Shown: piece by piece, positions 29,807 to 41,702 of the stretch
Layout of the letters: each line of letters opens with the position of its first letter
Position numbering within the stretch: the first letter of the stretch is position 1
NCBI GenBank assembly: GCA_020353515.1
Contig: CP070695.1
Coordinates: forward strand, 505,173 to 569,172
Reading direction: 5' to 3'
Origin: Candidatus Heimdallarchaeota archaeon
GTDB lineage: Archaea; Asgardarchaeota; Heimdallarchaeia; Hodarchaeales; Hodarchaeaceae
Length of the DNA: 64,000 nt
Made by a program: the position numbers and the translations under genes
Notes under the pieces: model-generated
What the model saw: only the letters and a program-made list of their open reading frames with translations
Told to the model about the DNA's origin: nothing
Database searches by the model: none

Positions 29807-32443
29807 ATGAATAGAAAATTCGTTTTCAGAACAGGATTGTTCCTTGTACTGGTTCTTATATTATCCACTTCGAATGTTATGTATATTACCCCTTCTATGG
29901 AGATAACTTCACAGAAGAAGACATTTATGAGAGCAAATCTTCAAACAATTCAACCTCTTGTTAAGGATATGCGTAAATCTTCCTCTGATATTGATCCATT
30001 ATCTTCTCGTGCTTTTAACTCATTCTCCACTCAAGAGGATTATAATAGAATCTATATTAATGGCAACACAGATTTCCATACTCAAGCCAGCGAGAAGAAT
30101 TGGCTAGGTAATGGTTCTCAGGTTGCTCCTTATATAATCGAGGATCAGGTTTTTACCACGAACTGTTTTATTTATAATACCAGTCTGTTTTTTCACCTCC
30201 GTAATTGTTTTTTCAACTGGAGCTATAGGGGGGAATTGGGGTTTTTCTTAACCAATGTAACAAATGCACAACTAGTAAACAATACACTGATAAGGATAAA
30301 TTCCCTTAATACTATACATTTTCTCCTCTCGAACTCTTCTCACAATTCTGTAATTAATAATACTCTTAACGATGGAAGGATTGTCCTCCGGAACTCTCCT
30401 CATAATTCTCTAATTAATAATACTCTTATCAATTCCGATATCAAAATTTCAGGATCGACACTTGGGGATGTTTTACAATTTGAGGTAAGTAATAACTCAA
30501 TCGACTCTTATCCTCTAGTTTTTAAACAGAATATTACTGGAGGTACTCTTCAAGCTAATGGAACTGCCCTCATTCTGATTAATTGCATTGATGTTGAAAT
30601 TTACGGACAGTTTTTGTTGGACCTTCAACTAGTTTTTTGCACAAATCTGTTACTCCATGGTAATAGGCTCAATAGGCTTCAATTAACCTATTGTTCAGAT
30701 TCTAATATCCAAGACAATACAATTACTATGGAGATTTTCTATTCCTCTTGTATTTCGCTTGAAAATTCTCCAAATAACCAAATTACGAATAATACTATTA
30801 TTGATACTACTATATCGTTATCCTCTGGTATAGCGTTATCCTCTTCAGATAATAATTTTCTAGTTAACAATACAATTTTGAATTGCTCAAAAGGAATTGT
30901 TCTTTCGGAATCGAGCCATACTGCGCTCATTAATAATTTTATTGATCTTGAATCCTATATGGGTGACCCCTCTATCGGTATAGAACTCGATAATTCAAAA
31001 AATACGACTATCTTAGATAACCAGTTATTTGGTTGTTATCTTTCCTTCCTTGGGATTGATACTGATGATTGTTTGCAGGTAGAAGCTAATAATAACTTTA
31101 TTGACGACAAGCCTTTGATTTTTTGGAAGAATATTTTTAATAATTCGGTTCCAGCGGATGTGAAACAGATTTTTTTGGTTAATTGCTCCTTTATTGAAGT
31201 TTCTCATCAAAATTTGTCTAATTTACTCAGTTTCTACGGGATTTCTTGTTCCAATTTATTTATTCATGACAACGATATTGACCCCGATATTACAGGATTT
31301 GGTAGAATTAATTTAGATTCTACGAATGATAGTATTGTAACGCATAATACTCTTACCTATGTAAGATTAGATTGGTGTTCTTCTAATATTATCTCTTATA
31401 ATACTCTTAGTAGATTAGACATAGTGGAAGGGGGGAATAACACTGTTTTGGCAAACAATTTTGTTCGTATGGGGTTTATTAGTACGGATCTCCGGATTTA
31501 TGAATCTTATCAAAATAATATCTCTTCTAATTCTGTTTTCAACGAAGCAATAATTATTAATGGGGGAAGTGAGAATCTCCTCTGCAATAACAGTGTATCG
31601 ATAACCTCTGAATATTATGGTGGAGGAGGAATAATTATCTGGGATACTGGACAGCTTAGAATAGTTGGTAACCATATTTCCAATAGCCTCGGGCATGGAA
31701 TTTTTGTTGGATCCACAAGTGGTCTTAAAGTGCATATTATGGGTAATAAATTAGTACTTAATGCGGGATATGGGATTTTCCTTGATCATTTTTCTTCTGA
31801 GATGATTGTTGGTTATAATGATTTCATTGGAAATCATGAAGGGGGAAGACAGGCCTGTGACAATGGTTCGGATAATTACTTCTTTTTCAACTACTGGGAT
31901 GATTGGCTAACCCCTGATGAGAATAATGATGAGATTGTTGATATTGCCTATCCCATTGACGGATCCAGCTCTAATTCTGATTCTTACCCGCGTCTTGTTC
32001 CATTTGAAGATACTTCAGGTCATCTTCTTGTTCCCCCCAAGATCATCTTCCCCCGTTCCGCTGAAACTTATTCTAGTCCTATTCTAATCTCCTGGATTCC
32101 AGCTATGGATTCAATGGGTCATACTATTACCTATTCGATTTTTTATTCCATTGATGATGGTGATTCCTGGATTTCTATAATTTCTGACGAATATTATTAT
32201 GAATATTCTTGGAACATCTCATCTCAACTCAAATCAGGGACTGCTTTTAAACTAAAAGTAGTAGCTATTTGTTCCGAAGGTTATTCTGCTTTTGATATTA
32301 CTGATGAATCGATAATATTTAAGTTAGACAATCAAACTTCTGAACCATCCAGTTTTCTGGATGCTTTTAGCATGGGCATTATATTTATACTATTCACCTA
32401 TCGTAAGAAAAAACAATGTAAAAGTAAAGAGGTAAAAAAGTAA
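29807..32443 (+). CDS. Secreted parallel beta-helix (NosD-like) surface protein with Ig/FN3-like domain and C-terminal anchor
   Basis: ATG 29807 gives a signal peptide (MNRKFVFRTGLFLVLVLIL). GNGSQVAPYIIE, beta-helix repeats and NYWDDWLTPD present. C-terminal module shared with 21927..24593 (KVVAICSEG), then TM and RKKK. Confidence 0.88.
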   Translation: MNRKFVFRTGLFLVLVLILSTSNVMYITPSMEITSQKKTFMRANLQTIQPLVKDMRKSSSDIDPLSSRAFNSFSTQEDYNRIYINGNTDFHTQASEKNWLGNGSQVAPYIIEDQVFTTNCFIYNTSLFFHLRNCFFNWSYRGELGFFLTNVTNAQLVNNTLIRINSLNTIHFLLSNSSHNSVINNTLNDGRIVLRNSPHNSLINNTLINSDIKISGSTLGDVLQFEVSNNSIDSYPLVFKQNITGGTLQANGTALILINCIDVEIYGQFLLDLQLVFCTNLLLHGNRLNRLQLTYCSDSNIQDNTITMEIFYSSCISLENSPNNQITNNTIIDTTISLSSGIALSSSDNNFLVNNTILNCSKGIVLSESSHTALINNFIDLESYMGDPSIGIELDNSKNTTILDNQLFGCYLSFLGIDTDDCLQVEANNNFIDDKPLIFWKNIFNNSVPADVKQIFLVNCSFIEVSHQNLSNLLSFYGISCSNLFIHDNDIDPDITGFGRINLDSTNDSIVTHNTLTYVRLDWCSSNIISYNTLSRLDIVEGGNNTVLANNFVRMGFISTDLRIYESYQNNISSNSVFNEAIIINGGSENLLCNNSVSITSEYYGGGGIIIWDTGQLRIVGNHISNSLGHGIFVGSTSGLKVHIMGNKLVLNAGYGIFLDHFSSEMIVGYNDFIGNHEGGRQACDNGSDNYFFFNYWDDWLTPDENNDEIVDIAYPIDGSSSNSDSYPRLVPFEDTSGHLLVPPKIIFPRSAETYSSPILISWIPAMDSMGHTITYSIFYSIDDGDSWISIISDEYYYEYSWNISSQLKSGTAFKLKVVAICSEGYSAFDITDESIIFKLDNQTSEPSSFLDAFSMGIIFILFTYRKKKQCKSKEVKK

Positions 32444-32521
32444 AAAGTAAAATATATGTTCTACACCAATATTGTGGGAATTTAATTGCAAATTTGTCAT
32501 ATTAATGATTAGTGAGGAATC

Positions 32522-33961
32522 ATGACTACCCGTTTAGTCTATTCATGGGTATTTTTTCTTTGTTTTTCCTTTCTCTTTTCCAGTCTATCTGCTGTGACTT
32601 CCTCAGTGACTCATTCTCCTGCTCATTGTCGGGTTCATCAATCAGAAACCAATTTAGATATTAATATCGCTCAATTGAATTTTCGAATCAAACCTGACGG
32701 AGGTTATTATTGTACCTATTCACTCGAAGTGAGGGGTACTCAAACCACGGCTATTGGTTTAGGAGAAGGATTTTTTTCAATACCTTCACTGAACATTTCA
32801 TATTTCTCCCTTACACATTATTCGACTGCAATCCCTTTCTCTAAGTTTGAGGCAAATGGTAGTTCGTTCTATCACTTTTTTTTCAACCACTCCTTGCCTG
32901 AGGGATCTCAGACTACTTTAGAAGGTAGATTTGAGGGTTATTTTTGGAGTAATACCTCTTCATCAACTACCTACCATCTGGGAATTGATTGGGGTACTTT
33001 TGTTTCACTCCAAAATGCTCGTGTTTGGGTTGATCGAGAGAGGTTCAAAATTAACTCTATTTCACCTGAAGGTTCTATAAATACTACCCTTGGTTCACAA
33101 ATTTTCTTTGAATGGAATGATTATTCCGTTCGGGAATTTATCTGTACCTTAGCTCTTGACCCTCAAATTTTTCCTTTTACAAATCTTCTTGTTGATATAT
33201 CGTCCTGGAATGGGACTCCGGGTCAAAAAATTGAGGTTTTAATTACTAATGTCGGTTTTTTTGAGATTGAAGGTTATATCATTACTACTCCTTCTAGCTG
33301 GCTTTCTGTAAATGTTTCTAAATTTCTTCTAGCTCCTTCTGAAACGATTCCTATCTTATTTTCCATCAGTGATACGGTGTCTTCTGGAGTGAATGGATCG
33401 GTTGAAATTATCCCCCTTAAATGCATAGATAGAGAAGAAAATATTTTTCTACAATTAAATTCCATCATTATCCCCGTTTTCGTCAATCATAATTCTTTTT
33501 CCTCTTCCCTTTTCTCTGAATTTTTATTCCCCCTAACCTTTCTTTGTATTGTGTTTGGATCTTCTTATCTCGTAATTCAGCAAAAAAGCGAAATTTCGAA
33601 ATTTATTCAATCCAAAGCTGGATTTATTAGGGGTATTCATGACTTTTCAAATTCTAATGCTTCTTTGGATGATACTAAGCCCGAATTGGATGAGGAAATC
33701 CCAGAGTCTGATGTGATCAATTCTATTTCTTGGGATACTGTTGTAACAAGATGGCAAGCGATTCTTTCCAGCCGTGAAATCCATGTTCTCGAGATTTTGT
33801 TTAAAAAGGGTAGTATAAATCAACAAACTCTTGCTGATGAAATGGGACTTTCTAAAGGGACGATGTCGCGGATTATCTCTCGGTTAGAGATGAAAAATTT
33901 ACTTCTTCGCGAACGTTTAGGAGTAAGTAAGATGATTCGAATCAATAAAGATCGATTGTAA
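32522..33961 (+). CDS. Membrane-anchored transcriptional regulator: signal peptide, extracellular beta-rich domain, TM helix, C-terminal winged HTH
   Basis: N-terminal hydrophobic signal; TM FLFPLTFLCIVFGSSYLVI; C-terminus LSSREIHVLEIL...INQQTLADEMGLSKGTMSRIISRLEMKNLLLRERLG. Confidence 0.85.
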   Translation: MTTRLVYSWVFFLCFSFLFSSLSAVTSSVTHSPAHCRVHQSETNLDINIAQLNFRIKPDGGYYCTYSLEVRGTQTTAIGLGEGFFSIPSLNISYFSLTHYSTAIPFSKFEANGSSFYHFFFNHSLPEGSQTTLEGRFEGYFWSNTSSSTTYHLGIDWGTFVSLQNARVWVDRERFKINSISPEGSINTTLGSQIFFEWNDYSVREFICTLALDPQIFPFTNLLVDISSWNGTPGQKIEVLITNVGFFEIEGYIITTPSSWLSVNVSKFLLAPSETIPILFSISDTVSSGVNGSVEIIPLKCIDREENIFLQLNSIIIPVFVNHNSFSSSLFSEFLFPLTFLCIVFGSSYLVIQQKSEISKFIQSKAGFIRGIHDFSNSNASLDDTKPELDEEIPESDVINSISWDTVVTRWQAILSSREIHVLEILFKKGSINQQTLADEMGLSKGTMSRIISRLEMKNLLLRERLGVSKMIRINKDRL

Positions 33962-34072
33962 TTCTGATTCTTTGGGCTTTTCAGTCTCTTTTTCTCGAAA
34001 AATTGGATTTTATTTTCTAAACTTTCATTTAATTTTCGATTTTTTCTATAGCTTTCGGATCGTCTAATATTA

Positions 34073-34110
34073 GTTGTACGGATTTACAACAAATAATCTT
34101 TTGTATTGTT
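34073..34110 (+). promoter_or_regulatory. Palindromic operator plus TATA-like box upstream of the repeat surface protein
   Basis: Perfect GTTGTA-CGGATT-TACAAC followed by AAATAATCTTTTGTATTGTT. Confidence 0.7.
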
Positions 34111-34173
34111 TCATTGTAACCTTTCTGTGCAACTGGATATTTCTCAATAGAGAACTTACTGGAGTTTGCTTAT

Positions 34174-35475
<1,302 letters not shown>

Positions 35476-35510
35476 GTCTTCTTTCTTTTCTTGTTGTACG
35501 ATAGTATTCC

Positions 35511-35640
35511 TATCTTTCCTTGATCAATCCCTAAACATGCTTCGACGAGTTCATCTTCAAGAAGGACTTTAGAGTTGACTATGTTTAGATCTATTATAAT
35601 AAGAGCCTACAGAAGATGTGAAATCTGATGCTTAGATGAA
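35511..35640 (-). pseudogene. Orphan diverged 5' fragment of the cyclic amidohydrolase gene (right repeat)
   Basis: Minus strand reads IIDLNIVNSKVLLEDELVEACLGIDQGKI versus ILDLNIVNAKIFLEDDLVDASLGIDQGRI in the intact gene. Confidence 0.9.
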
Positions 35641-35649
35641 AATTAATGC

Positions 35650-35696
35650 TTGTCACGCATCGAAAAATATATATAGCTTTGTCATACTTGTCATAC
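35650..35696 (+). promoter_or_regulatory. BRE/TATA promoter flanked by TTGTCA direct repeats
   Basis: TTGTCAC 35650-35656; CGAAAAATATATATA 35661-35675; TTGTCATAC twice in tandem at 35679-35696. Confidence 0.6.
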
Positions 35697-35729
35697 ATGC
35701 ATTACAAATATAGCGCGTTAACAAACTAG

Positions 35730-36338
35730 ATGAGTATTGAGGTATTTGACATGAGCGAACATGAATCTGAAAAAGATCGTGAAGATGAAAACGAAGATGT
35801 GCAAAAAGAATCAGAAACTGATTATGAAAGCTGGAAAGAAGGGAAATCTAAATTAAAGAATGTTACTATTCGAGGAATTGATAGTGAAATCTATGATCAA
35901 TTTTCACATAAGATTAGAAGTCTCCGAATGAATTTGGGAGAAGCTATTACCAAAATGATGAATGACATCCTTGTAGATTTAAATGATTCTTTAGATCATC
36001 TTCCTGCTTTACGTGCGAGAACTACATTTGATAAATATGCACTCGACAGATTATCCATTAACCATTATGATCGACTTAAGATTGGTCGTGCTGATCTTGA
36101 GGAAGCAAATGCAAAAATTACGTTTACACACATTGATAGACTCACTTTTCTTCCTGATGTAACACAAGAAGTTTTTTCGCGTTATGTCAGGAGTGTTAGT
36201 CATTGTGGGACAGTTAGAATGCCATCGATCTTTCCTAAACTTATTGCGTATTCCAAACTCCAGTTTTGCGATAGAATTGAAATTTATGACGTAAAAGATG
36301 AAGAAGCTGGTTCAACGAATTCCTTGGTCAAAGATTGA
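35730..36338 (+). CDS. Hypothetical protein with ribbon-helix-helix-like segment; paralog of the next gene
   Basis: KNVTIRGIDSEIYDQF...NLGEAITKMM; shared C-terminal domain SINH.D.L.I...DL...VSHC..VR.P...PKL. Confidence 0.75.
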   Translation: MSIEVFDMSEHESEKDREDENEDVQKESETDYESWKEGKSKLKNVTIRGIDSEIYDQFSHKIRSLRMNLGEAITKMMNDILVDLNDSLDHLPALRARTTFDKYALDRLSINHYDRLKIGRADLEEANAKITFTHIDRLTFLPDVTQEVFSRYVRSVSHCGTVRMPSIFPKLIAYSKLQFCDRIEIYDVKDEEAGSTNSLVKD

Positions 36339-36376
36339 TTGAGTTCTTTTTCCTACTAAAAGATGGTTGTGATTTA

Positions 36377-37120
36377 ATGAGTATCAAAGCGTTTAATCCT
36401 ACTCAGTTAAGAACAGAGATATCAAAAGAAATTGAAGAGTACTGGAATCAAGTTCAGAAGAAAGAAATAACTAAGGAGGATATGGAAGTCTTAATAGCGA
36501 AAGTTCTTTTTGAACGTGAGATTCTTTTCAATGAAATTGATATCCTTAAAGAGGCACACAACAAATGTACCCGAAAATACGACTTAAATGAACACACATT
36601 AAACCTATTAATCAAAGAAATCGATGAAATGCTCTACAACGATTTTTATAACTTATCAAAGAAGTTGAATTATAATCCAGGAGAAGTTCTGACCTCCCTG
36701 ATGGAAGATTTTGTCTTAAAATTTGATGGGGTATTTCCTGAATTCTCTGCAGACAGTTTAAGAAAGTTAATGAAAAGACAACCAGAAATCTCAATCAATC
36801 ATCAGGATCAGCTTACAATCACGAACAAAGACCTCTTAGATCTTACAGAAACGAACCTAAAGATTAATTTCAATAACATTGATACACTTGAGTTCGTTAA
36901 TGTAGATTTAAAAACTTTTAAAGATTTTGTTAGCTCTATTAATCATTGTCATCTTGTACGTGTGCCCCAAACAATACCTAAATTATTACTTTACACCAAA
37001 TGTCATCAGTGTTCATATTTCGAATTTTTTGAGGACGACCAACTGAAACTTGATAAGAAGAAAATAGAATATGCGATTGAGGCGAATAGAGTTGTTGAAG
37101 ATTGGAAAAATGGTTCTTGA
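36377..37120 (+). CDS. Hypothetical protein with RHH-like segment; paralog of the previous gene
   Basis: NLLIKEIDEMLYNDF...NPGEVLTSLM; SINHQDQLTI...SINHCHLVRVPQTIPKL; ATG at 36377. Confidence 0.75.
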   Translation: MSIKAFNPTQLRTEISKEIEEYWNQVQKKEITKEDMEVLIAKVLFEREILFNEIDILKEAHNKCTRKYDLNEHTLNLLIKEIDEMLYNDFYNLSKKLNYNPGEVLTSLMEDFVLKFDGVFPEFSADSLRKLMKRQPEISINHQDQLTITNKDLLDLTETNLKINFNNIDTLEFVNVDLKTFKDFVSSINHCHLVRVPQTIPKLLLYTKCHQCSYFEFFEDDQLKLDKKKIEYAIEANRVVEDWKNGS

Positions 37121-37315
37121 GCCTGAATTCCTTTCCTATAGCTCTATTAACTCATTCAACAATGAAATTGTAATATCTACAATTCAAGCTAAAAAACGGT
37201 AACTATGCTTTATTGGGAGGGTTAGCTTTTTTATTAGTTTTATAACAATAAAAAATTAAGTAGGTTTATCCACATTATTCATGCAGTAAGATCTGATCTA
37301 ATCTAATTCAAGAAA

Positions 37316-37957
37316 ATGGTGCACATTATGGAAATTCTTATGGATGGATTACAGGACTATTTGCTAGATTTACTAGGAAAAAAAAGAAATTCTGTCATTT
37401 TAGAAATGGAAAAATATGCGAATAAACATGAATTTCCAATAGTTGGACCTCTCGTGGGTCAATTATTAAGTCAATATACACAATTAATCAGTGCAAACAG
37501 AATACTCGAGCTGGGATCGGGTTATGGTTACTCGGCCATATATTTTGCCAAAGCTGCCTCTGATGAAACTGAAATAATATGTACTGATACGTCAGAAGAG
37601 AATAAAAATCTGGCATTCTCTTATTTTAAAAGATTGGCTATTACAAACATTAAGTTTATCGTTGGAGACGCACTTAAGGTAATCAATCAGCTCCAAGGGA
37701 AATTTGATATAATCTTTAATGATGTTGATAAGCAAAGATATCCACAGGCTTTCAACCTAGCTGTACCCAAATTACGAAAAGGTGGTCTTCTTATCACAGA
37801 CAATGCTTTGTGGTATGGTCAAGTCTTAGAATCAAAACCGAAAAGGGAAAGTACTGTAGGGGTGAAAGAATACAACACGCTTGCATTTTCAGATCCAAGA
37901 GTACTTTCAACCATCATTCCAATTGGTGATGGTATTTGCGTTTCAATTAAACAATGA
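37316..37957 (+). CDS. SAM-dependent O-methyltransferase (COMT/CCoAOMT-like)
   Basis: ILELGSGYGYS, FDIIFNDVDK and GGLLITDN motifs. Confidence 0.9.
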   Translation: MVHIMEILMDGLQDYLLDLLGKKRNSVILEMEKYANKHEFPIVGPLVGQLLSQYTQLISANRILELGSGYGYSAIYFAKAASDETEIICTDTSEENKNLAFSYFKRLAITNIKFIVGDALKVINQLQGKFDIIFNDVDKQRYPQAFNLAVPKLRKGGLLITDNALWYGQVLESKPKRESTVGVKEYNTLAFSDPRVLSTIIPIGDGICVSIKQ

Positions 37958-39348
37958 ATTTTCTGGCGATAAGGATGAAAAAACCTTTGAATATGCCTAT
38001 CTATTCTGGTGCTTCCCCTGAAAAGGTTATGTCAGATTTAAAGCCATTGGTTGAGTTTCAAAATCATGGTATATCCCTAGAAGCACTACAACATTTGATT
38101 GAAGAACGATTAATACCTCACTTGATACAATATGATCGTCCTGAGTTTCAATCATTGTTTAACTTCTTTCCAGAGCATGGTGCTGAATTTGGTGGAAAAA
38201 TAGCTCTAAAATATAATCAAGGAGTAACGAATTGGCAAGTTTCTCCTGGAGCAGTCATGATGGAGGAACTATGCTGTAGAGCATTATGTGAATTGTTTAA
38301 TCTCTCTCCAAATTCTGATGCAACATTCATGTATTGTGGAACCTATTCTAACCAATCAGCTCTATATTTAGCACTTCACTGGTCTGCGGAACAACGAGGA
38401 TTTGATTTCGCTAAGAAAGGGGTACAAGGATTTAAAGATCCTTCTCGTTTAGTTGCAGTAACGTCACAAGAAGCTCATTTTTCTTTGAAACATGCTTTAC
38501 GAATAATGGGGCTTGGTGAACAAAGTCTTGTGACTTTACCAGTTGATACTGAATTTAAGATTGATATAAAAACAATGCAAGAATATTTATCTGAATTACA
38601 TGATAAGAAGGATATTTTTTGTGTAGTGGCTACCGCAGGAACAACCTCAACGGGTTCTGTTGATCCAATTTTACCCATAGCTGAAATATGCAATGAATAC
38701 GGAATTTGGTTGCATGTTGACGGAGCCTATGGATTAGCTTATTTTCTAGTTCCAGAATGGAAACACTTGTTTGTTGGATTAGAACTTGCAGATTCAATTA
38801 CTTGGGATCCTCACAAACAATTTGGGGTTCCTATACCCAATTCCCTACTTTTTTTACGTCGCAAGGAGGATTTTGACCGAATGGCAATGTATGGGGATTA
38901 TTGGAATCGTAAAGGAGATCCTGAACCAAATCCTGGGTTAAAATCACCTCCATCAACACGACCTTTCTCTGCTCTTCCTCTCATCACATCTATTCGTCAT
39001 CTTGGTTTACAGAAATTGATTCAAAATCTTCGTACTCCCCTCTCTGCGGTTGAAACTGTGTATGAAAATCTCATGAATAATCCTGAAATTGAATTGTGTC
39101 ATAAACCAGATTTAGGAATTCTTTGTATTCGTGTCACGCCTGAAGGATTTCCTGAGAAGCACCTTGATCAACTCCAAAAATATGTTTATGATAGAACTAA
39201 AACAGAAGGAAAACGTTCTATTTCTTTAACAAAAATTCAAAACAAAACTGTTTTACGTTTAGTTATTATTAATGAACTTATTACTCCAAGTACAATAATG
39301 GAAACAATCAAGTATATTAAAGCTCTAGCCAAAGAATATCATTATTAA
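37954..39348 (+). CDS. Group II PLP-dependent amino acid decarboxylase
   Basis: AHFS, ATAGTTSTGSVDP, LHVDGAYG and DSITWDPHK motifs. Confidence 0.9.
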   Translation: MNFLAIRMKKPLNMPIYSGASPEKVMSDLKPLVEFQNHGISLEALQHLIEERLIPHLIQYDRPEFQSLFNFFPEHGAEFGGKIALKYNQGVTNWQVSPGAVMMEELCCRALCELFNLSPNSDATFMYCGTYSNQSALYLALHWSAEQRGFDFAKKGVQGFKDPSRLVAVTSQEAHFSLKHALRIMGLGEQSLVTLPVDTEFKIDIKTMQEYLSELHDKKDIFCVVATAGTTSTGSVDPILPIAEICNEYGIWLHVDGAYGLAYFLVPEWKHLFVGLELADSITWDPHKQFGVPIPNSLLFLRRKEDFDRMAMYGDYWNRKGDPEPNPGLKSPPSTRPFSALPLITSIRHLGLQKLIQNLRTPLSAVETVYENLMNNPEIELCHKPDLGILCIRVTPEGFPEKHLDQLQKYVYDRTKTEGKRSISLTKIQNKTVLRLVIINELITPSTIMETIKYIKALAKEYHY

Positions 39349-39387
39349 TCAAAATAATAAAGATAGTATTGGTTTAGATGTGTTATT

Positions 39388-40062
39388 ATGAAAATACTAA
39401 TTATCAATCCAAATAGCGATCCATCAATGACCGAGGCCATCCAAAAAACTGCAGCGAATTTTATTTTTGGGAATTTCGAGGTGATTTGTAAACTTACCCC
39501 AGGAGCTCCTAAATTCATTGAGACGTATGAAGATGAACTCAAAGCAGCTCCAGGTATGATTCAATTGGTGAGAGAAAATATTGACTATGATGCCTATATT
39601 ATAGCCTGCCATGATGATCCTAACCTTGACACTATTAAGGAAATCACCAATAAGCCAGTTATTGGAATTGGAGAAGCCTCAATGAAAATAGCTTCAATGC
39701 TTGGTCACAGATTTTCAGTGGTGTCAACTTCTAAACATTCAATCCCAATTAAAGAGGAGTTAGTGAGAAAATATCATCTTCAGGAGGTTTTGGCTTCAGT
39801 AAAAGCGCCTGATGAGGATATGAACAAACTTAGTGAAAAAGAAAAATATCTAAATGTATCAAAACTGGCCATTGAGGAAGACATGGCAGAAGTGATCGTC
39901 TTAGGTTGTGCAGGAATGACAGGATTAGACAAGTATCTACAGGAGAAACTTGATGTTCCAGTCCTAGATGGTGTCATATGCGCTTTGCTGATTACAATGG
40001 GCCTTGTAAAATATGGAGTATCAACAAGTAAGATTAGAAGATTCAATCCTAATTGGGAATAA
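39388..40062 (+). CDS. Asp/Glu/hydantoin (allantoin) racemase family
   Basis: IINPN, IACHDDP, IGIGEAS, LGCAGM and PVLDGV motifs. Confidence 0.9.
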   Translation: MKILIINPNSDPSMTEAIQKTAANFIFGNFEVICKLTPGAPKFIETYEDELKAAPGMIQLVRENIDYDAYIIACHDDPNLDTIKEITNKPVIGIGEASMKIASMLGHRFSVVSTSKHSIPIKEELVRKYHLQEVLASVKAPDEDMNKLSEKEKYLNVSKLAIEEDMAEVIVLGCAGMTGLDKYLQEKLDVPVLDGVICALLITMGLVKYGVSTSKIRRFNPNWE

Positions 40063-40092
40063 AGTAATGAAATTATAAGAAAAAGATAATGA

Positions 40093-40836
40093 TCAATTTT
40101 TTCGATCAGGAATTTCAGTTCCCCCCCTTTTACGTAAAAATGTTGCGGGAACACCGATCCAGATCTCATTTGATGGAATTTTCTGTCCCTTAAGCATTCC
40201 ACTCATTCCTCCTAAAGTACTACCGTCTCCAAGTTCACAACCACAAGCAACTATTGAGTAAGTTCCCACCAGACAATTTTTGCCGATTTTAGTTGGATCA
40301 ATAACGATTGCTCGATCTTCATTGGCATGTCCTGTTACAACACTATTATATCCGATGAACGAATTATCACCAATTTCAACTAAACCTCCAGTTTCGATAT
40401 AGGTTCTTGTAGCAATATGGACGTTCTTTCCACATTTAAGCCCATATAATCTTAACCCATAGGGAAAGAGAAAGATACCCCAAATGAAAGGAATAAAGGT
40501 AAAGATTTTCAGCATAGATTTGAAAATACCATCTGCTGTAATCCTTACAGCTACCAATCGTCCCATTGAAGAGTGGTGTGGATATTTACCTGGTTTGATT
40601 CGATAGGGAAGGAGGGATCGCACAACGACTTGAGAATGAACAACACCAAAGAACAGTACCGTTCCACAGTATGCTACAAAGAGGTATAATGGAGACATAA
40701 GATAGTGTATTACATCGAGGCCAGGCGTAGTTACTAAATAATAAATTAACCATCCTTCTGGGAAGAAGGATAAAACAAGAAGGAAAAAAGTAAGGATGAA
40801 ATATGTTAGAATGCGGATATGAGTGAATAATGACAT
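40093..40836 (-). CDS. Membrane-associated hexapeptide-repeat (LbH) acyltransferase-like protein
   Basis: N-terminal TM helices; LYGLKCGKNV, IGDNSFIG, IGKNCLVG and WIGVPA motifs. Confidence 0.8.
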   Translation of the reverse strand: MSLFTHIRILTYFILTFFLLVLSFFPEGWLIYYLVTTPGLDVIHYLMSPLYLFVAYCGTVLFFGVVHSQVVVRSLLPYRIKPGKYPHHSSMGRLVAVRITADGIFKSMLKIFTFIPFIWGIFLFPYGLRLYGLKCGKNVHIATRTYIETGGLVEIGDNSFIGYNSVVTGHANEDRAIVIDPTKIGKNCLVGTYSIVACGCELGDGSTLGGMSGMLKGQKIPSNEIWIGVPATFLRKRGGTEIPDRKN

Positions 40837-40997
40837 AAGTGCCCAAAAAAGAAGACTAAATATAATACTTCGTTTCGAGGAGAATATTAAACTACATTCA
40901 TGGATAAGGATATGACTGATTGTAATAAAGAATTAAAAAGGGAAAACAATTCTAGATTTGATGATGCTTCCTCAATCTGAGGATCGGGTAAGTTTAG

Positions 40998-41681
40998 ATG
41001 CACGAAAAAAAATTCAAACTTAGGAATATCGAAGAAGAAATAATGGAAACACTATTTGATATAACTATTAACAAAGAGTCGGGACAACGCACAAAGATGG
41101 GAGAAATTTTAGATAGATTAGGACAAGACATCACAAAAACACAGTTAACTAACATCGTTCGACGTAAATTAGAACCCCTTGGTTATGTAGACTATACTCC
41201 TTATGACGGTATCATTCTAACCAACAAGGGTTTTCAAGAGGCCCGGCGAATCGCACGAAATCACCGACTTGCAGAAGCGATGCTCCATCAAATATTTAAC
41301 GTGCCATTTAATGAGCTTCATGAACAAGCCTGTTACTTAGAACATGGTATAACAGAGCGTCTTGCTGAATTAATCTTTAAAAAACTAAAAGAAAAAAAGA
41401 CTCCATTTGGAGATATAATTCCGATGAGGGATATTGAAGATATTGGGTGTGATGACAAAAGGTTAACTGAGATCCCAAATGGAACAGCAGTTATATTGAC
41501 CAGAATTATAAGTCATTCAACAGAAACAGCAAGAGAACTAGAATCTTATCAAATTAGAGGTGTAGGCACGAAAATGGTTGTTAAAGATAAGGATACAAAA
41601 GGAGTCACTGTGGAATTAAATAGTAAAGAATACAATATTCCTATCGGAATTTCTAAAATCCTCTGTGTTAAACCTGAATAA
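40998..41681 (+). CDS. DtxR/MntR-family metal-dependent regulator with FeoA-like C-terminal domain
   Basis: YTPYDGIILT, HRLAE, ACYLEH and TPFG.IIP motifs. Confidence 0.88.
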   Translation: MHEKKFKLRNIEEEIMETLFDITINKESGQRTKMGEILDRLGQDITKTQLTNIVRRKLEPLGYVDYTPYDGIILTNKGFQEARRIARNHRLAEAMLHQIFNVPFNELHEQACYLEHGITERLAELIFKKLKEKKTPFGDIIPMRDIEDIGCDDKRLTEIPNGTAVILTRIISHSTETARELESYQIRGVGTKMVVKDKDTKGVTVELNSKEYNIPIGISKILCVKPE

Positions 41682-41702
41682 TTGAATTAAATATAGATCA
41701 AG

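Noticed and set aside
35491-35510. Additional operator (TTGTTGTACG)
   Set aside because: Only a half-site, at the cassette's right junction, with no matching TATA-like box or downstream gene.
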